Made by a program: the position numbers and the translations under genes
Shown: in pieces, positions 1-12,660 of the stretch
Layout: each line of letters starts with the position of its first letter
Position numbering within the stretch: the stretch's first letter is position 1
Notes under the pieces: model-generated
Seen by the model: the letters and a program-made list of their open reading frames with translations, nothing else
Told to the model about the DNA's origin: nothing
Databases searched by the model: none
From: Macrostomum hystrix
Taxonomy: Eukaryota > Animalia > Platyhelminthes
Assembly (NCBI GenBank): GCA_950097015.1
Contig: CATNEN010000025.1
Coordinates: 4,898,001-4,962,000 of the forward strand
DNA: 64,000 nt
Direction of reading: 5' to 3'

Positions 1-200
1 TCGTGTCTCAACTCTCCTCCCATTTATCTCTCTCGTGTCTCAACTCTACTCCCATTTATCTCTCTCGTGTCTCAACTCTCCACCCATTTATCTCTCTCGT
101 GTCTCAACTCTCCCACATTTTTCTCTCTCGTGTCTCAACTCTCCCCCCCTTTATCTCTCTCGTGTCTCATCTCTCCTGACTATTATCTCTCTCTTGAGTC
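1..200. repeat. Minisatellite (tctctcgtgtctcaactctc...), truncated by the window edge
   Basis: Directly visible tandem units of about 33 bp. Confidence 0.85.
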
Positions 201-1129
201 TCTCGAGTCTTATAGAATCCTTTGCAGTCGTTATGCATACTCGTAAGTTTTCCCTACCTTCTCCACCCCCCTTACTGGCAGACAGGCAAACCGGTATGCA
301 AAAAATCGATCTAGTTCGCATTAGTTCTCAGACTCAGAGCCGAACGGAGCGGATGCAGCTTGGAGTGAAGTTTTGGGTTAGTGTGACAGACGAAACGATG
401 ACTCAGCAGCTCTCAGCTGAGCATCCTTGTGAGCACTATTTCGCCCTAGAAATATAGTTGCCAAGCGGAAGGCGTCACCCAGCAGCGGATAAGGATACAG
501 CTGAGTAAGGCTTTAGTTAACACTGCACTGAAATATTAATGAATCCGAGGACTTACTGGGCGTTGTTGGCCTCTGCTATTAAGGTGGAAAATGATCCCTG
601 TACCTTTGCAGCGCTTTATTGACCCAACCTTTTCTAAGAAGGAAGTGAGGAAGGTAAATGTGGCGACTTAGTCCGAAAATTAATGAGTAATTGAGTAATT
701 AGCATTAGAAGTCTAGCTAGAATGCAACAATCAAGTTTATTTCTGACCAGAAAATGTCTACTTAATAAGTAAACGGTTAAATAAGCTTTAAAAGCAATTA
801 ATAAAAATAACTCTAAATTGTTTTCACCAGGCAAAATTTGATTCCAATAAAATAATAACAAATTGCGCAGTAAATGGAGTAATTTATGGCCAACATTGTG
901 CCTGAACTACATTATTATTTCTCGTATTATTGGTTATTTTTTGTTAGAAACTGGTATAGCAAAGCTTTATGCATGTAAATTCAAATGGCTGCTGGTGGAT
1001 ATTTCCCGCTATTGATTCCTTCGGGAGTTGTATGCAGGTGGTACTCACTGAGATCCACCTTTAAAGTCCGAGAGACAGACTGACTGACAGTCTAGTTAGT
1101 TTCAGTTGCTATGCAAATACTGTTGAAAT

Positions 1130-2670
1130 CTACCATTCTCCCCTCTGTCTAATGAGCCATTCTCCCCTCTGTCTAATGAGCCATTCTGCCCTCTCTAATG
1201 AGCCATTCTGCCCTCTCTCTAATGAGCCATTCTCCCCTCTGTCTAATGAGCCATTCTCCCCTCTCTCTAATGAGCCATTCTCCCCTCTGTCTAATGAGCC
1301 ATTCTCCCCTCTCTCTAATGAGCCATTCACCCCTCTGTCTAATGAGCCATTCTGCCCTCTCTAATGAGCCATTCTGCCCTCTCTCTAATGAGCCATTCTC
1401 CCCTCTGTCTAATGAGCCATTCTCCCCTCTCTCTAATGAGCCATTCTCCCCTCTGTCTAATAAGCCATTCTCCCCTCTGTCTAATGAGCCATTCTCCCCT
1501 CTGTCTAATGAGCCATTCTGCCCTCTCTAATGAGCCATTCTGCCCTCTCTCTAATGAGCCATTCTCCCCTCTGTCTAATGAGCCATTCTCCCCTCTCTCT
1601 AATGAGCCATTCTCCCCTCTGTCTAATAAGCCATTCTCCCCTCTGTCTAATGAGCCATTCTCCCCTCTCTCTAATGAGCCATTCTGCCCTCTCTCTAATG
1701 AGCCATTCTCCCCTCTGTCTAATAAGCCATTCTCCCCTCTCTCTAATGAGCCATTCTGCCCTCTCTCTAATGAGCCATTCTCCCCTCTGTCTAATAAGCC
1801 ATTCTCCCCTCTCTCTAATGAGCCATTCTCCCCTCTCTCTAATGAGCCATTCTGCCCTCTCTCTAATGAGCCATTCTCCCCTCTGTCTAATAAGCCATTC
1901 TCCCCTCTGTCTAATAAGCCATTCTCCCCTCTCTCTAATGAGCCATTCTCCCCTCTGTCTAATAAGCCATTCTCCCCTCTCTCTAATGAGCCATTCACCC
2001 CTCTCTCTAATGAGCCATTCTCCCCTCTGTCTAATGAGCCATTCTCCCCTCTCTCTAATGAGCCATTCTCCCCTCTCTCTAATGAGCCATTCTCCCCTCT
2101 GTCTAATGAGCCATTCTCCCCTCTCTCTAATGAGCCATTCTCCCCTCTCTCTAATGAGCCATTCTCCCCTCTGTCTAATGAGCCATTCTCCCCTCTGTCT
2201 AATGAGCCATTCTCCCCTCTCTCTAATGAGCCATTCTCCCCTCTGTCTAATGAGCCATTCTGCCCTCTCTAATGAGCCATTCTGCCCTCTCTCTAATGAG
2301 CCATTCTGCCCTCTGTCTAATGAGTCATTCTGCCCTCTCTCTAATGAGCCATTCTCCCCTCTCTCTAATGAGCCATTCTCCCCTCTCTCTAATGAGCCAT
2401 TCTCCCCTCTGTCTAATGAGCCATTCTCCCCTCTCTCTAATGAGCCATTCTCCCCTCTGTCTAATGAGCCATTCTCCCCTCTGTCTAATGAGCCATTCTC
2501 CCCTCTCTCTAATGAGCCATTCTCCCCTCTGTCTAATGAGCCATTCTCCCCTCTGTCTAATGAGCCATTCTGCCCTCTCTAATGAGCCATTCTGCCCTCT
2601 CTCTAATGAGCCATTCTGCCCTCTGTCTAATGAGTCATTCTGCCCTCTCTCTAATGAGCCATTCTGCCCT
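1130..2670. repeat. 22-bp minisatellite (tctcccctctgtctaatgagccat-like)
   Basis: Directly visible tandem array. Confidence 0.95.
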
Positions 2671-3299
2671 ATGTCTTGTGAGCAGACTGTGCTGACACGA
2701 GTTTTGTCACACCCGATTTGACTCACCCAGACAGGTAAGTTACTGATCGTTAAGCATTGTTACTTCTCTTCCGTGTTGTTGGCTGTTTTAGCTCTAGTTA
2801 AGTCGCATTACAATCAGTTTACTTTTAGAAGCAAGCCTCTTTTGCTGATTATTCTCCACTAGACAACTGTACAAGCAGATATTATATATGTGTATAGTGG
2901 GTGAAGTCATTTGAAGCAGACTGTATTGAAACGGGTCAGAGAGTACATTGCCGAAGAGAGAGAGGAGAAGAGAGGAAGAAATTGCAGGGGGTGGAGCTTC
3001 AGAGGCGTCAAGTGACAAGCGCTCTAGCGGTGGAGCTGAGGTAGGATTTGGTGGGGGTGGCTGCGTTCAACTTGTAAAGTGCAATGGCGAGTAATCATTC
3101 GCGTCTTATCCAATGGGAGCGGATCTACCCCCCGTCTCTCTCAGCTAACCACAAATCCCCCACCCTAAATCACTTTAAGAAATCGTGCAGTTGTTATCAT
3201 GATTGGGTTCCAGAAAATCAAAGAAGAATATTTGGATCTTTGATGAGAGAGACGGAGAAGAGAGTGAATAGGAAGTCCATTGAAAATATAGATAGAGAA

Positions 3300-4000
3300 T
3301 GACGGGAGAGTGAAGGGATGGTGAAGGGAGAGTTAAGGGAGAGTGAAGAGAGAATGAAGGGTGAGTGAAGGGAGGGTGAAGTGAGAGTGATGGGTGAGTG
3401 GTTTAAGAATGAAGGGAGAGGGACAAGAGAGTGAATATAGAGTGATGGAAGAGTGACTAGAGAGTGACGGGAGAGTGAAGAGAGTGCTTAAAGGGAGAGT
3501 GAAGGGATAGTGAAGTGAGAGTAAAGGGAGAGTGAATGGATAGTGAAGTGAGAGTGAAGAGAGAGTGAAGGAAGAGTGAAGGGATAGTGAAGTGAGAGTG
3601 AAGGGATAGTGAAGTGAGAGTGAAGAGATAGTGAAGTGAGAGTGAAGGGATAGTGAAGTGAGAGTGAAGGGATAGTGAAGAGAGAGTGAAGAGATAGTGA
3701 AGTGAGAGTGAAGGGATAGTGAAGTGAGAGTGAAGGGATAGTGAAGTGAGAGTGAAGGGATAGTGAAGTGAGAGTGAAGAGAGAGTGAAGGGAGAGTGAA
3801 GGGATAGTGAAGTGAGAGTGAAGGGATAGTGAAGTGAGAGTGAAGGGATAGTGAAGTGAGAGTGAAGGGATAGTGAAGTGAGAGTGTAGGGATAGTGAAG
3901 TGAGAGTGAAGAGAGAGTGAAGGGAGAGTAAAGTAAGAATGAAGAGAGAGTGAAGGGAGAGTGAAGGGAGAGTGACGGGAGAGTGACTGGAGAGTGAAGG
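3300..4000. repeat. Purine-rich array (gagtgaagggatagtgaagtga)
   Basis: Directly visible. Confidence 0.9.
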
Positions 4001-4659
4001 GTATTTTGAGGGTGGGCTCAATGAATACGAGATATAAATGAATAGCTAAACACAATTCCAACTGACTTCAATATTTGCCAATACGATAAACTTACCAGTG
4101 GGTTTTGATCGATACAATGAATGCTATCTATTGCAGAGCAGCAGGAGTTCTGGGCAGTCACAAACCAGCTCGCACTGTTTATTTAGTCAAAGGCGACAAG
4201 TCGAGTCTAAACAGCTCGCGCCAGTAAATTTATGCTAAATATCTCTCTCCTTCTGAGCCTGGGTGTCAGGAAACGAAGCACACGAGCGTATTTCAGTGTA
4301 GGGGGGGTGGGCAGGCATCGGTGCATTTTTGTCCTTCATTTTTCAAGTGCCCAGTGTTTCGGGTCTTCATTTTTAAGGCTCACGCGATGCCTTGTCTAAA
4401 ATAAGCGACACATTCAGATGGCATACAAACTGAAGCCTCGAGTGTGTTTTCCATCGACTATTGAACAGTTAAAGGAAATTTCAGCTCTCTTGACTAGCTT
4501 CCCACGCTCTAGTGCTTAGCACACAATGAGCTTTTTGAGTTCATTAGGTAAATACTAAGTTTATATGCAGTTAGTCTAAAGCTTGCCTTTTTAACGTCTT
4601 TAACATTTTTGAGACAGCCTTTTTAGTGCGAAAATTTCTATCTTCGTCGGTAAAAAGTG

Positions 4660-5000
4660 GCATCTTGGTTTTAAAAGTGGCACCTTGGTTTTAAAAGTGG
4701 CACCTTGGTTTTAAAAGTGGCACCTTGATTTTAAAAGTGGCACCATGGTTTTAAAAGTGGCACCATGGTTTTAAAAGTGGCACCTTGGTTTTAAAAGTGG
4801 CACCATGGTTTTAAAAGTGGCACCTTGGTTTTAAAAGTGGCACCTTGGTTTTAAAAGTGGCACCTTGGTTTTTAAAGTGGCACCTTGGTTTTAAAAGTGG
4901 CACCATAGCTTTCAAAGTGGCGCCTTGGTTTTAGAAGTGGCACCTTGGTTTTAAAAGTGGCACCTTGGTTTTAAAAGTGGCACCTTGGTTTTTAAAGGGA
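4660..5000. repeat. 20-bp array (aaaagtggcaccttggtttt)
   Basis: Directly visible. Confidence 0.95.
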
Positions 5001-5052
5001 TTAACTTTGGTTCAAAGTTGCAGCTTGATGTTAAAATTAGAACTTCGATTAC

Positions 5053-5345
5053 GGGTTTGTAGCCTTGTTGTTAGGGCGTCGGACTCACAACTTGAAGGTC
5101 GGGGGTTCGATTCCCGACTCCACTGAAACAATTTGTGTCCTTTAGCAAGACACTTAACTCTGCAATGCTACAGTTCACCCAGCTGTTAAATGGGTGCCAG
5201 CATCAGCTGGGGTAATTGAAGGTGGGTGTGGCGTCCCTGCCAGTCCATGGACTGAACAGCTGTACGCAGCCTTCAGATGAGCCACGCAATAGCTGCGGCT
5301 GTGCTGTCGCTGCACATCTGTTGTAATTGTGGCAGGTGTAGTTAA
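5053..5345 (+). mobile_element. tRNA-derived CORE-like SINE family 1, near full length
   Basis: A-box-like head and B box GGTTCGATTCCC, then tgtgtcctttagcaagacacttaactc...cagctgttaaatggg, which resembles the CORE domain. Further copies occur in the window. Confidence 0.8.
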
Positions 5346-5759
5346 TTACGGCTCGTATTAACATTCTTCTTCTTCTGTTTCTTTGATTACAAAATTACAA
5401 CTTGATTTTAAAAGTGGCACGTTGATTATAAGGCGGCTAAGAAATTAGGCAGATCAATTTGGTGTCTGAATCGTGCAATCACGCTGCAGAGAAGGTTCCA
5501 CTTCCACTGCTGGCGATATTGTAAAGCCGGGCCGACCGTCATTTATATTTGCGCTTTCGGCAGGCTGAATCATCGGATGCAACAAAGGAGCAAAAATGTG
5601 CATGGGGAAAAGAGGCATTGCAAAGGAGTAGGAAATCGCAGTCCACTGACCATGGGACTGAGCCAGAATGTATTCGATTTCATTCAGGAATGGATCAGAC
5701 TAACTACCGAAACAGGAGAGACGACAGATGAGAGAGGAGGGCGAAGGGGAAGGGTGAGA

Positions 5760-6420
5760 GGAAGATAAGAGAGGGGAGAGAGAAGGGAGATAAGAGAGGG
5801 GAGAGAGATGGGAGATAAGAGAAGGGAGAGAGATGGGAGATAAGAGAGGGGAGAGAGAAGGGAGATAAGAGAGGGGAGAGAGAAGGGAGATAAGAGAGGG
5901 GAGAGAGATGGGAGATAAGAGAGGGGAGAGAGAAGGGAGATAAGAGAGGGGAGAGAGAAGGGAGATAAGAGAGGGGAGAGAGAAGGGAGATAAGAGAGGG
6001 GAGAGAGAAGGGAGATAAGAGAGGGGAGAGAGATGGGAGATAAGAGAGGGGAGAGAGAAGGGAGATAAGAGAGGGGAGAGAGAAGGGAGATAAGAGAGGG
6101 GAGAGAGATGGGAGATAAGAGAGGGGAGAGAGATGGGAGATAAGAGAGGGGAGAGAGATGGGAGAAAAGAGAGGGGAGAGAGATGGGAGAAAAGAGAGGG
6201 GAGAGAGATGGGAGATAAGAGAGGGGAGAGAGATGGGAGATAAGAGAGGGGAGAGAGATGGGAGAAAAGAGAGGGGAGAGAGATGGGAGATAAGAGAGGG
6301 GAGAGAGATGGGAGATAAGAGAGGGGAGAGAGATGGGAGATAAGAGAGGGGAGAGAGATGGGAGATAAGAGATGGGAGAGAGATGGGAGATAAGAGAGGG
6401 GAGAGAGAAGGGAGATAGGG
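5760..6420. repeat. 25-bp purine array (ggagagagatgggagataagagagg)
   Basis: Directly visible. Confidence 0.95.
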
Positions 6421-6944
6421 AAAGAAGAGGTCAGCATGAGGAAGGCAAACAAATCGTAGATAGGCAGCTAAAGGACCATAAAGGGCAAAAGATAAATTCT
6501 AGAAGCAAGCAGCATTATTGCAATTAGAAGTGAGTGGTAAAGTAGAGTAAAGTTAGCCAATACAGTGCATTGCAGTTTAAAGACGACGAGTTAAGCTGAA
6601 TAACATAACAGATTTTATATTACGCAACGCAAATAACTTATTTCAACTGTTTGGCTTCTCGAGGCATTAAAACGCGCCAAGCGTGAAATGAAATGTCTCA
6701 CCCATTGCCTTTCAATGCCTGCCAATGCAACATAATAGAAGTTTAATTAACGTAGCAGGATATTAGGCGCACCGATTTAAAAGATATTTGACAGATATTA
6801 TAGCTCCCCTAAAGTTCGGGAGCAAGTACAAATTAAACAAAAATGTTCTTTTAAATACCTGCGTGCAAGCAGATGAAAATTTAGAATACAATACCTTTTG
6901 TAATGAAAATTTAGCAGCAATGCAAGATTGCACTTGTCATGAAT

Positions 6945-7680
6945 TATATTCCCATTCCCTTCATCCTTATTACCCATTCCCTTCATCCTTATTACCCATT
7001 CCCTTCATCCTTATTACCCATTCCCTTCATCCTTATTACCCATTCCCTTCAACCTTATTACCCATTCCCTTCATCCTTATTACCCATTCCCTTCAACCTT
7101 ATTATCCATTCCCTTCAACCTTATTACCCATTCCCTTCATCCTTATTACCCATTCCCTTCAACCTTATTACCCATTCCCTTCAACCTTATTACCCATTCC
7201 CTTCATCCTTATTACCCATTCCCTTCATCCTTATTACCCATTCACTTTAAACTTATTACCCATTCACTTCATCCTTATTTAATGTTCCCATCAATAGCCT
7301 TGGGTGGGTAATACGTGTAATAGCCTACACGTATTACCCATTCCCTTCAACCGTATTACCCATTCCCTTCAACCGTATTTCCCATTCCCTTCAACCACAT
7401 TACCTATTCCCTTCAACCGTATTACCCATTCCCTTCAACCGTATTTCCCATTCCCTTCAACAATATTACCCATCCCCTTACATCAAATTACCCATTCCCT
7501 TCAACCGTATTACCCATTCCCTTCAACCGTATTTCCCATTCCCTTCAACCACATTACCTATTCCCTTCAACCGTATTACCCATTCCCTTCAACCGTATTT
7601 CCCATTCCCTTCAACAATATTACCCATCCCCTTACATCAAATTACCCATTCCCTTCAACCGTATTACCCATTCCTTTGAA
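6945..7680. repeat. 22-bp array (ttattacccattcccttcatcc)
   Basis: Directly visible. Confidence 0.92.
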
Positions 7681-7764
7681 CCCTACACAAGACAGCGACC
7701 TGCAGCTCTAGTATTAAGTACACGCGCGTCAGTCCAGAATCCTAGTACACCAGTCTCTAGACGG

Positions 7765-8141
7765 TTAGTAGGGCCTGGCATCTCCCTTGGGCCGCTTCAG
7801 CTGCACCTTCAGCCGCTTGGTGCCAATCTGGAAGCCGTTCATAGCCTGGATGGCCGCCGCGGCCGAGGCGGAATTGTCGAAGCTGACGAAGCCGAAGCAT
7901 TTGCTCTGATTGGTTGCCCGGTCTACGTAAACCTTGGCGGAGATCACGGTGCCGAATGGGGCGAACATCTGGGCCAGCTCCGTGTCGCCGAACTCCTGCG
8001 GCAGGTGGTAGATGAACAGGTTGCAGCCGTCTGGACCAGTCAGGATGAAATCCTTGGAGCCCTCCTTGTGCTGCACGGGCATGGCGATTGCCTGCTGGGC
8101 CAGGGATACGAACGGATGCGAGAAGGCGGCGGGGAATCCGG
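7765..8141 (-). CDS. CELF: CELF exon 7 (RRM3, stop). The full join gives about 434 aa, CELF3-6/bruno-3/unc-75 type
   Basis: [18 protein letters not shown]...[23 protein letters not shown]...[17 protein letters not shown] is the canonical CELF3-6 RRM3. Acceptor ccaatcgcAG, phase 1. Confidence 0.93.
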
Positions 8142-8289
8142 CTGCGATTGGTCGGAGGGGTTGATCGGTGATGCGATGCAGTTTTCATGATTTCAAATGA
8201 AATCAATTTGACTCAGAAATCCGGAGCTATTGTTACCGCAAAAGCACGGCTTGAATGTCTTCGGAATTTCACCAAAGACTTCTCTGTGT

Positions 8290-9600
8290 ACTCCCTACAT
8301 TCCTCTCCCTTCATACTCCCTACATTCCTCTCCCTTCATACTCCCTACATTTCTCTCCCTTCACCATACCTACATTCCTCTCCCTTCACCATCCCTACAT
8401 TTCTCTCCTTTCAACATCCCTACATTCCTCTCCTTTCATCCTCCCTACATTCCTGTCCCTTCATCCTCCCTACATTCCTCTCTCTTCACCATCCCTACAT
8501 TCCTCTACCTTGATCCTCCCTAACAACCTCTCCCTTCATCCTCCCTAATAACCTCTCCCTTCATCCTCCCTAATAACCTCTCCCTTCAGCCTCCCTAACA
8601 CCCTCTCCCTTCATACTCCCTACATTTCTCTCCCTTCACCATCCCTACATTCCTCTCCCTTCACCATCCCTACATTTCTCTCCTTTCAACATCCCTACAT
8701 TCCTCTCCTTTCATCCTCCCTACATTCCTGTCCCTTTATCCTCCCTACATTCCTCTCCCTTCACCATCCCTACATTCCTCTACCTTGATCCTCCCTAATA
8801 ACCTCTCCCTTCATCCTCCCTAATACCCTCTCCCTTCACCATACCTACATTCCTCTCCCTTCACCATCCCTACATTTCTCTCCTTTCAACATCCCTACAT
8901 TCCTCTCCTTTCATCCTCCCTACATTCCTGTCCCTTCATCCTCCCTACATTCCTCTCTCTTCACCATCCCTACATTCCTCTACCTTGATCCTCCCTAATA
9001 ACCTCTCCCTTCATCCTCCCTAATAACCTCTCCCTTCAGCCTCCCTAACACCCTCTCCCTTCATACTCCCTACATTTCTCTCCCTTCACCATCCCTACAT
9101 TCCTCTCCCTTCACCATCCCTACATTTCTCTCCTTTCAACATCCCTACATTCCTCTCCTTTCATCCTCCCTACATTCCTGTCCCTTTATCCTCCCTACAT
9201 TCCTCTCCCTTCACCATCCCTACATTCCTCTACCTTGATCCTCCCTAATAACCTCTCCCTTCATCCTCCCTAATACCCTCTCCCTTCACCATCCCTACAT
9301 TCCTCTCCCTTTACCATCCCTACATTTCTCTCCTTTCAACATCCCTAGATTGCTCTCCTTTCATCCTCCCTACATTCCTGTCCCTTCATCCTCCCTACAT
9401 TCCTCTCCCTTCATCCTCCCTAATAACCTCTCCCTTCATCCTCCTATTAATCTCTCCCTTCATCCTCCCTAATACCCTCTCCCTTCATCCTCCCTAATAC
9501 CCTCTCCCTTCATCCTCCCTAATAACCTCTCCCTTCATCCTCTCCCATACTCTCTCCATTTATCTCCCTTGACACCATCTCCCTTCTATCATCCTATTTC
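8290..9600. repeat. 24-bp array with higher-order structure (ctccctacattcctctcccttcat), CELF intron 6
   Basis: Directly visible. Confidence 0.92.
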
Positions 9601-9613
9601 CTATTTAGCCTAA

Positions 9614-9750
9614 GAGGCTATAGCCTAGTGGTTAGATCGTCCGACTCACGACTGATATGTCGGGGGTTCGATTCCAGAATTCATTGGAGCAACGCAGCTA
9701 TCAGATGCGCTTTGCAATATCTGCGGCTGCACATCTGGCCCAATTGTCAC
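9614..9750 (+). mobile_element. SINE family 1, internally deleted copy
   Basis: tagcctagtggttag...ggttcgattcc head joined to the 3' part gctgcacatctggcccaattg. Confidence 0.7.
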
Positions 9751-9943
9751 AACACTTCAGGAAATAAATTGATTTAAAAGCGTTTTCTACTGAAGCTAAA
9801 CTCACTCAAGCCAGTGTACATGCCGGGCGACATCGTATAGGCCTGCTGTAGATGGTCTGAACCTGGTAAAATGGTTTCATTTAAATGTGTTAAATAATAG
9901 CCTCATTAAACTACTTGTGTTAGTAGAAAAGACAGAATCTCAC

Positions 9944-10163
9944 CTGCCGAGGCCAGAAACTGTGCGGGCATGACGCCCGCTGCGTAGAGTGCGGCAGCCG
10001 CCGACGTGAGGTCGCCGGCGCCGTTCGCGTTAGTCGTCGGGCTGAGAACGCCAGACGAGGAGCCGAGCTGGTGCTGCTGAAGGCCGCCGCCGCTCTGCAG
10101 GTGCAGCGCCAGTGCGGCCATCGGATTCACGTAGCCACCGGTGCCGGAGCCGGAGCCTGCGTT
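9944..10163 (-). CDS. CELF: CELF exon 6 (Ala/Gly/Gln-rich linker)
   Basis: Acceptor ttgaacAG, NAGSGSGTGGYVNPMAALALHLQ...QFLASA, donor G|GTGAGA. Phase 0 to 1 fits both neighbours. Confidence 0.8.
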
Positions 10164-10272
10164 CTGTTCAAATTAACGTATTTTTCTCAATTATACACGC
10201 AGATCGGTAATATTTTTTTCGATACATATCGGCACTTATAAATTTTTTAATATAATTTTGGTACTTGTTGTA

Positions 10273-10560
10273 GAGGTTGTAGCCTAGTGGTTAGGGCGCC
10301 GGGCTCACGACTTGAAGGTCGAGGGTTCGATTCCCGAATACACTGGAACAATCTGCGTCCTTTTGCAAGACACTCAACTCTGCATTGCTTTAGTTCACCC
10401 AGCTGTTAAAATGGGTTCCAGCATTAGCTCAGTCCATGGACTGAACAGCTGTACGCAGCCTTCAGATGCGCCGCGCAATAGCTGCGGCTGTGCTGTCAGC
10501 TGCACATCTGACCCAATTGGGGCCAATTGGTGTAATCAATTACTATTAATAATAATTAAT
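10273..10560 (+). mobile_element. SINE family 1, near full length
   Basis: Colinear with 5053-5345; ends in an (aat)n-rich tail. Confidence 0.82.
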
Positions 10561-10704
10561 TAAATTTGGTACTGGAAATGTTTCGGTACATATCGGCACT
10601 CGAAATGTTTCGATACATACTAAAACAGGTATACAAAGTAGTGCAAATAGAATTATTACTAAATGGACACTGGGAGTTAAAGAATACCTGCTTAGAAAAC
10701 TCAC

Positions 10705-10845
10705 TGCAGAATAGCCGGCTGATCCGCATGTGTAAATGTAGCCAAATTTAGCCTCGGGAATTGTCGCAGCGGTGGGTTGTCCCGCTGCATTTCTACCGTG
10801 AGCAGCCGGGTGCTCAATCTGCTGCTGCTGCTGCTCGCTGGACAT
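10705..10845 (-). CDS. Candidate alternative first exon of CELF (would give a linker+RRM3-only isoform)
   Basis: ATG...MSSEQQQQQIEHPAAH...GSAGYSA, exactly 47 codons, then GTGAGT in phase 0, matching the exon 6 acceptor. Confidence 0.5.
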
Positions 10846-10987
10846 AACTGCTTCTTGTTCAGCTGGACTGTCTCACATCCTGCCTTAGACTTAAGAAAAC
10901 ACGCACGAGCTTATAACCCAGCTCCTATCTGTTCCACCCACCCCTCCGACCTCGACACAATCGCCTGATTTACTCGCCTGAGCAAGC

Positions 10988-11022
<35 letters not shown>

Positions 11023-11411
11023 CTTCAAGCTTCCTTCTCCGGGAGTGAGGATTTATTTCTTTCGTCTCTTTTTCTTCCAAACACCTCAGAAAGCGCAGCC
11101 GCTTGGCTGTTATCTGAGGCGCCAGATTCAACCCCACCCCCCCTGTTGGAGATTCAGGTAATACTTCCGAATCCTCGCTCGGATCGCTCCAACAACCCTG
11201 GAGCCCGGGCCTTCCTGTTGCTGCTCTCTCTCTCTCGAAAAAATCTACAAAAAGGAGGACACTGCTGCGTGTGGGAAGAGCTAGGTATATAAAATATATA
11301 TAACCTAAAATTTATTGACCCCAAGTCGCAACACCGGAGAACCAAGTCTCAATTCAGGCACCTGGACTGCTGGCTGAATTGGCCTTCGAAAATATGTTAA
11401 TTTAGCCATAC

Positions 11412-11561
11412 CTGGCCGTACTGGGCGGCGGCTGACATTGGGTTGACTTGGCCGGCGCTAGGAGCCACAAGGCCCAGCGGGCCGACCATCTGCTGCAGTT
11501 TGCGCATCTGCCTCTCCTTCTCATTGTCGGCGAACTTCACTACAATCGAGCTGGTGGCGCC
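11412..11561 (-). CDS. CELF: CELF exon 5 (end of RRM2, start of divergent linker)
   Basis: GATSSIVVKFADNEKERQMRKLQQM...QYGQ matches the CELF3-6 '[25 protein letters not shown]' motif. Donor GTATGG. 150 bp, phase 0/0. Confidence 0.92.
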
Positions 11562-11569
11562 CTGCCGGT

Positions 11570-12660
11570 GCGAGTGATGCGAGTGATGATTTTGGGTTGA
11601 TGCGAGTCATGATTGTGGGTTGATGCCAGTCATGATTGTGGGTTGATGCCAGTCATGATTTTGGGTTGATGCGAGTCATGATTGTGGGTTGATGCCAGTC
11701 ATGATTGTGGGTTGATGCGAGTCATGATTGTGGGTTGATGCCAGTCATGATTGTGGGTTGATGCCAGTCATGATTGTGGGTTGATGCGAGTGATGATTGT
11801 GGGTTGATGCGAGTGATGATTGTGGGTTGATGCCAGTCATGATTGTGGGTTGATGCGAGTCATGATTGTGGGTTGATGCCAGTCATGATTGTGGGTTGAT
11901 GCCAGTCATGATTGTGGGTTGATGCGAGTGATGATTGTGGGTTGATGCCAGTCATGATTGTGGGTTGATGCGAGTCATGATTGTGGGTTGATGCCAGTCA
12001 TGATTGTGGGTTGATGCCAGTCATGATTGTGGGTTGATGCCAGTCATGATTGTGGGTTGATGCCAGTCATGATTGGGGGTTGATGCGAGTCATGATTGGG
12101 GGTTGATGCCAGTCATGATTGGGGGTTGATGCCAGTCATGATTGTGGGTTGATGCCAGTCATGATTGGGGGTTGATGCGAGTCATGATTGGGGGTTGATG
12201 CCAGTCATGATTGTGGGTTGATGCCAGTCATGATTGGGGGTTGATGCGAGTCATGATTGGGGGTTGATGCCAGTCATGATTGGGGGTTGATGCGAGTCAT
12301 GATTGGGGGTTGATGCCAGTCATGATTGGGGGTTGATGCCAGTCATGATTGGGGGTTGATGCCAGTCATGATTGGGGGTTGATGCCAGCCATGATTGGGG
12401 GTTGATGCCAGCCATGATTGGGGGTTGATGCCAGCCATGATTGGGGGTTGATGCCAGCCATGATTGGGGGTTGATGCCAGCCATGATTGGGGGTTGATGC
12501 CAGCCATGATTGGGGGTTGATGCGAGTCATGATTGGGGGTTGATGCCAGCCATGATTGGGGGTTGATGCCAGCCATGATTGGGGGTTGATGCGAGTGATG
12601 ATTGGGGGTTGATGCCAGCCATGATTGGGGGTTGATGCGAGTGATGATTTTGGGTCATTC
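11570..12660. repeat. 23-bp array (gattgtgggttgatgccagtcat) filling CELF intron 4
   Basis: Directly visible. Confidence 0.95.

Noticed and set aside
1130-2726. Long ORFs (SNEPFSPL, MSHSPL repeats)
   Set aside because: Translations of a 22-bp array, open in several frames and strands, with no unique flanks or splice context.
5053-5130. tRNA gene (also 9614, 10273, 38830-38890)
   Set aside because: A/B boxes are present, but there is no complete cloverleaf and each runs into a shared SINE body.
200-5750. Scattered splice-like sites (2732 GTAAGT, 4095 minus-strand donor) suggesting another gene
   Set aside because: Adjacent frames are short or closed and no protein family is recognisable.
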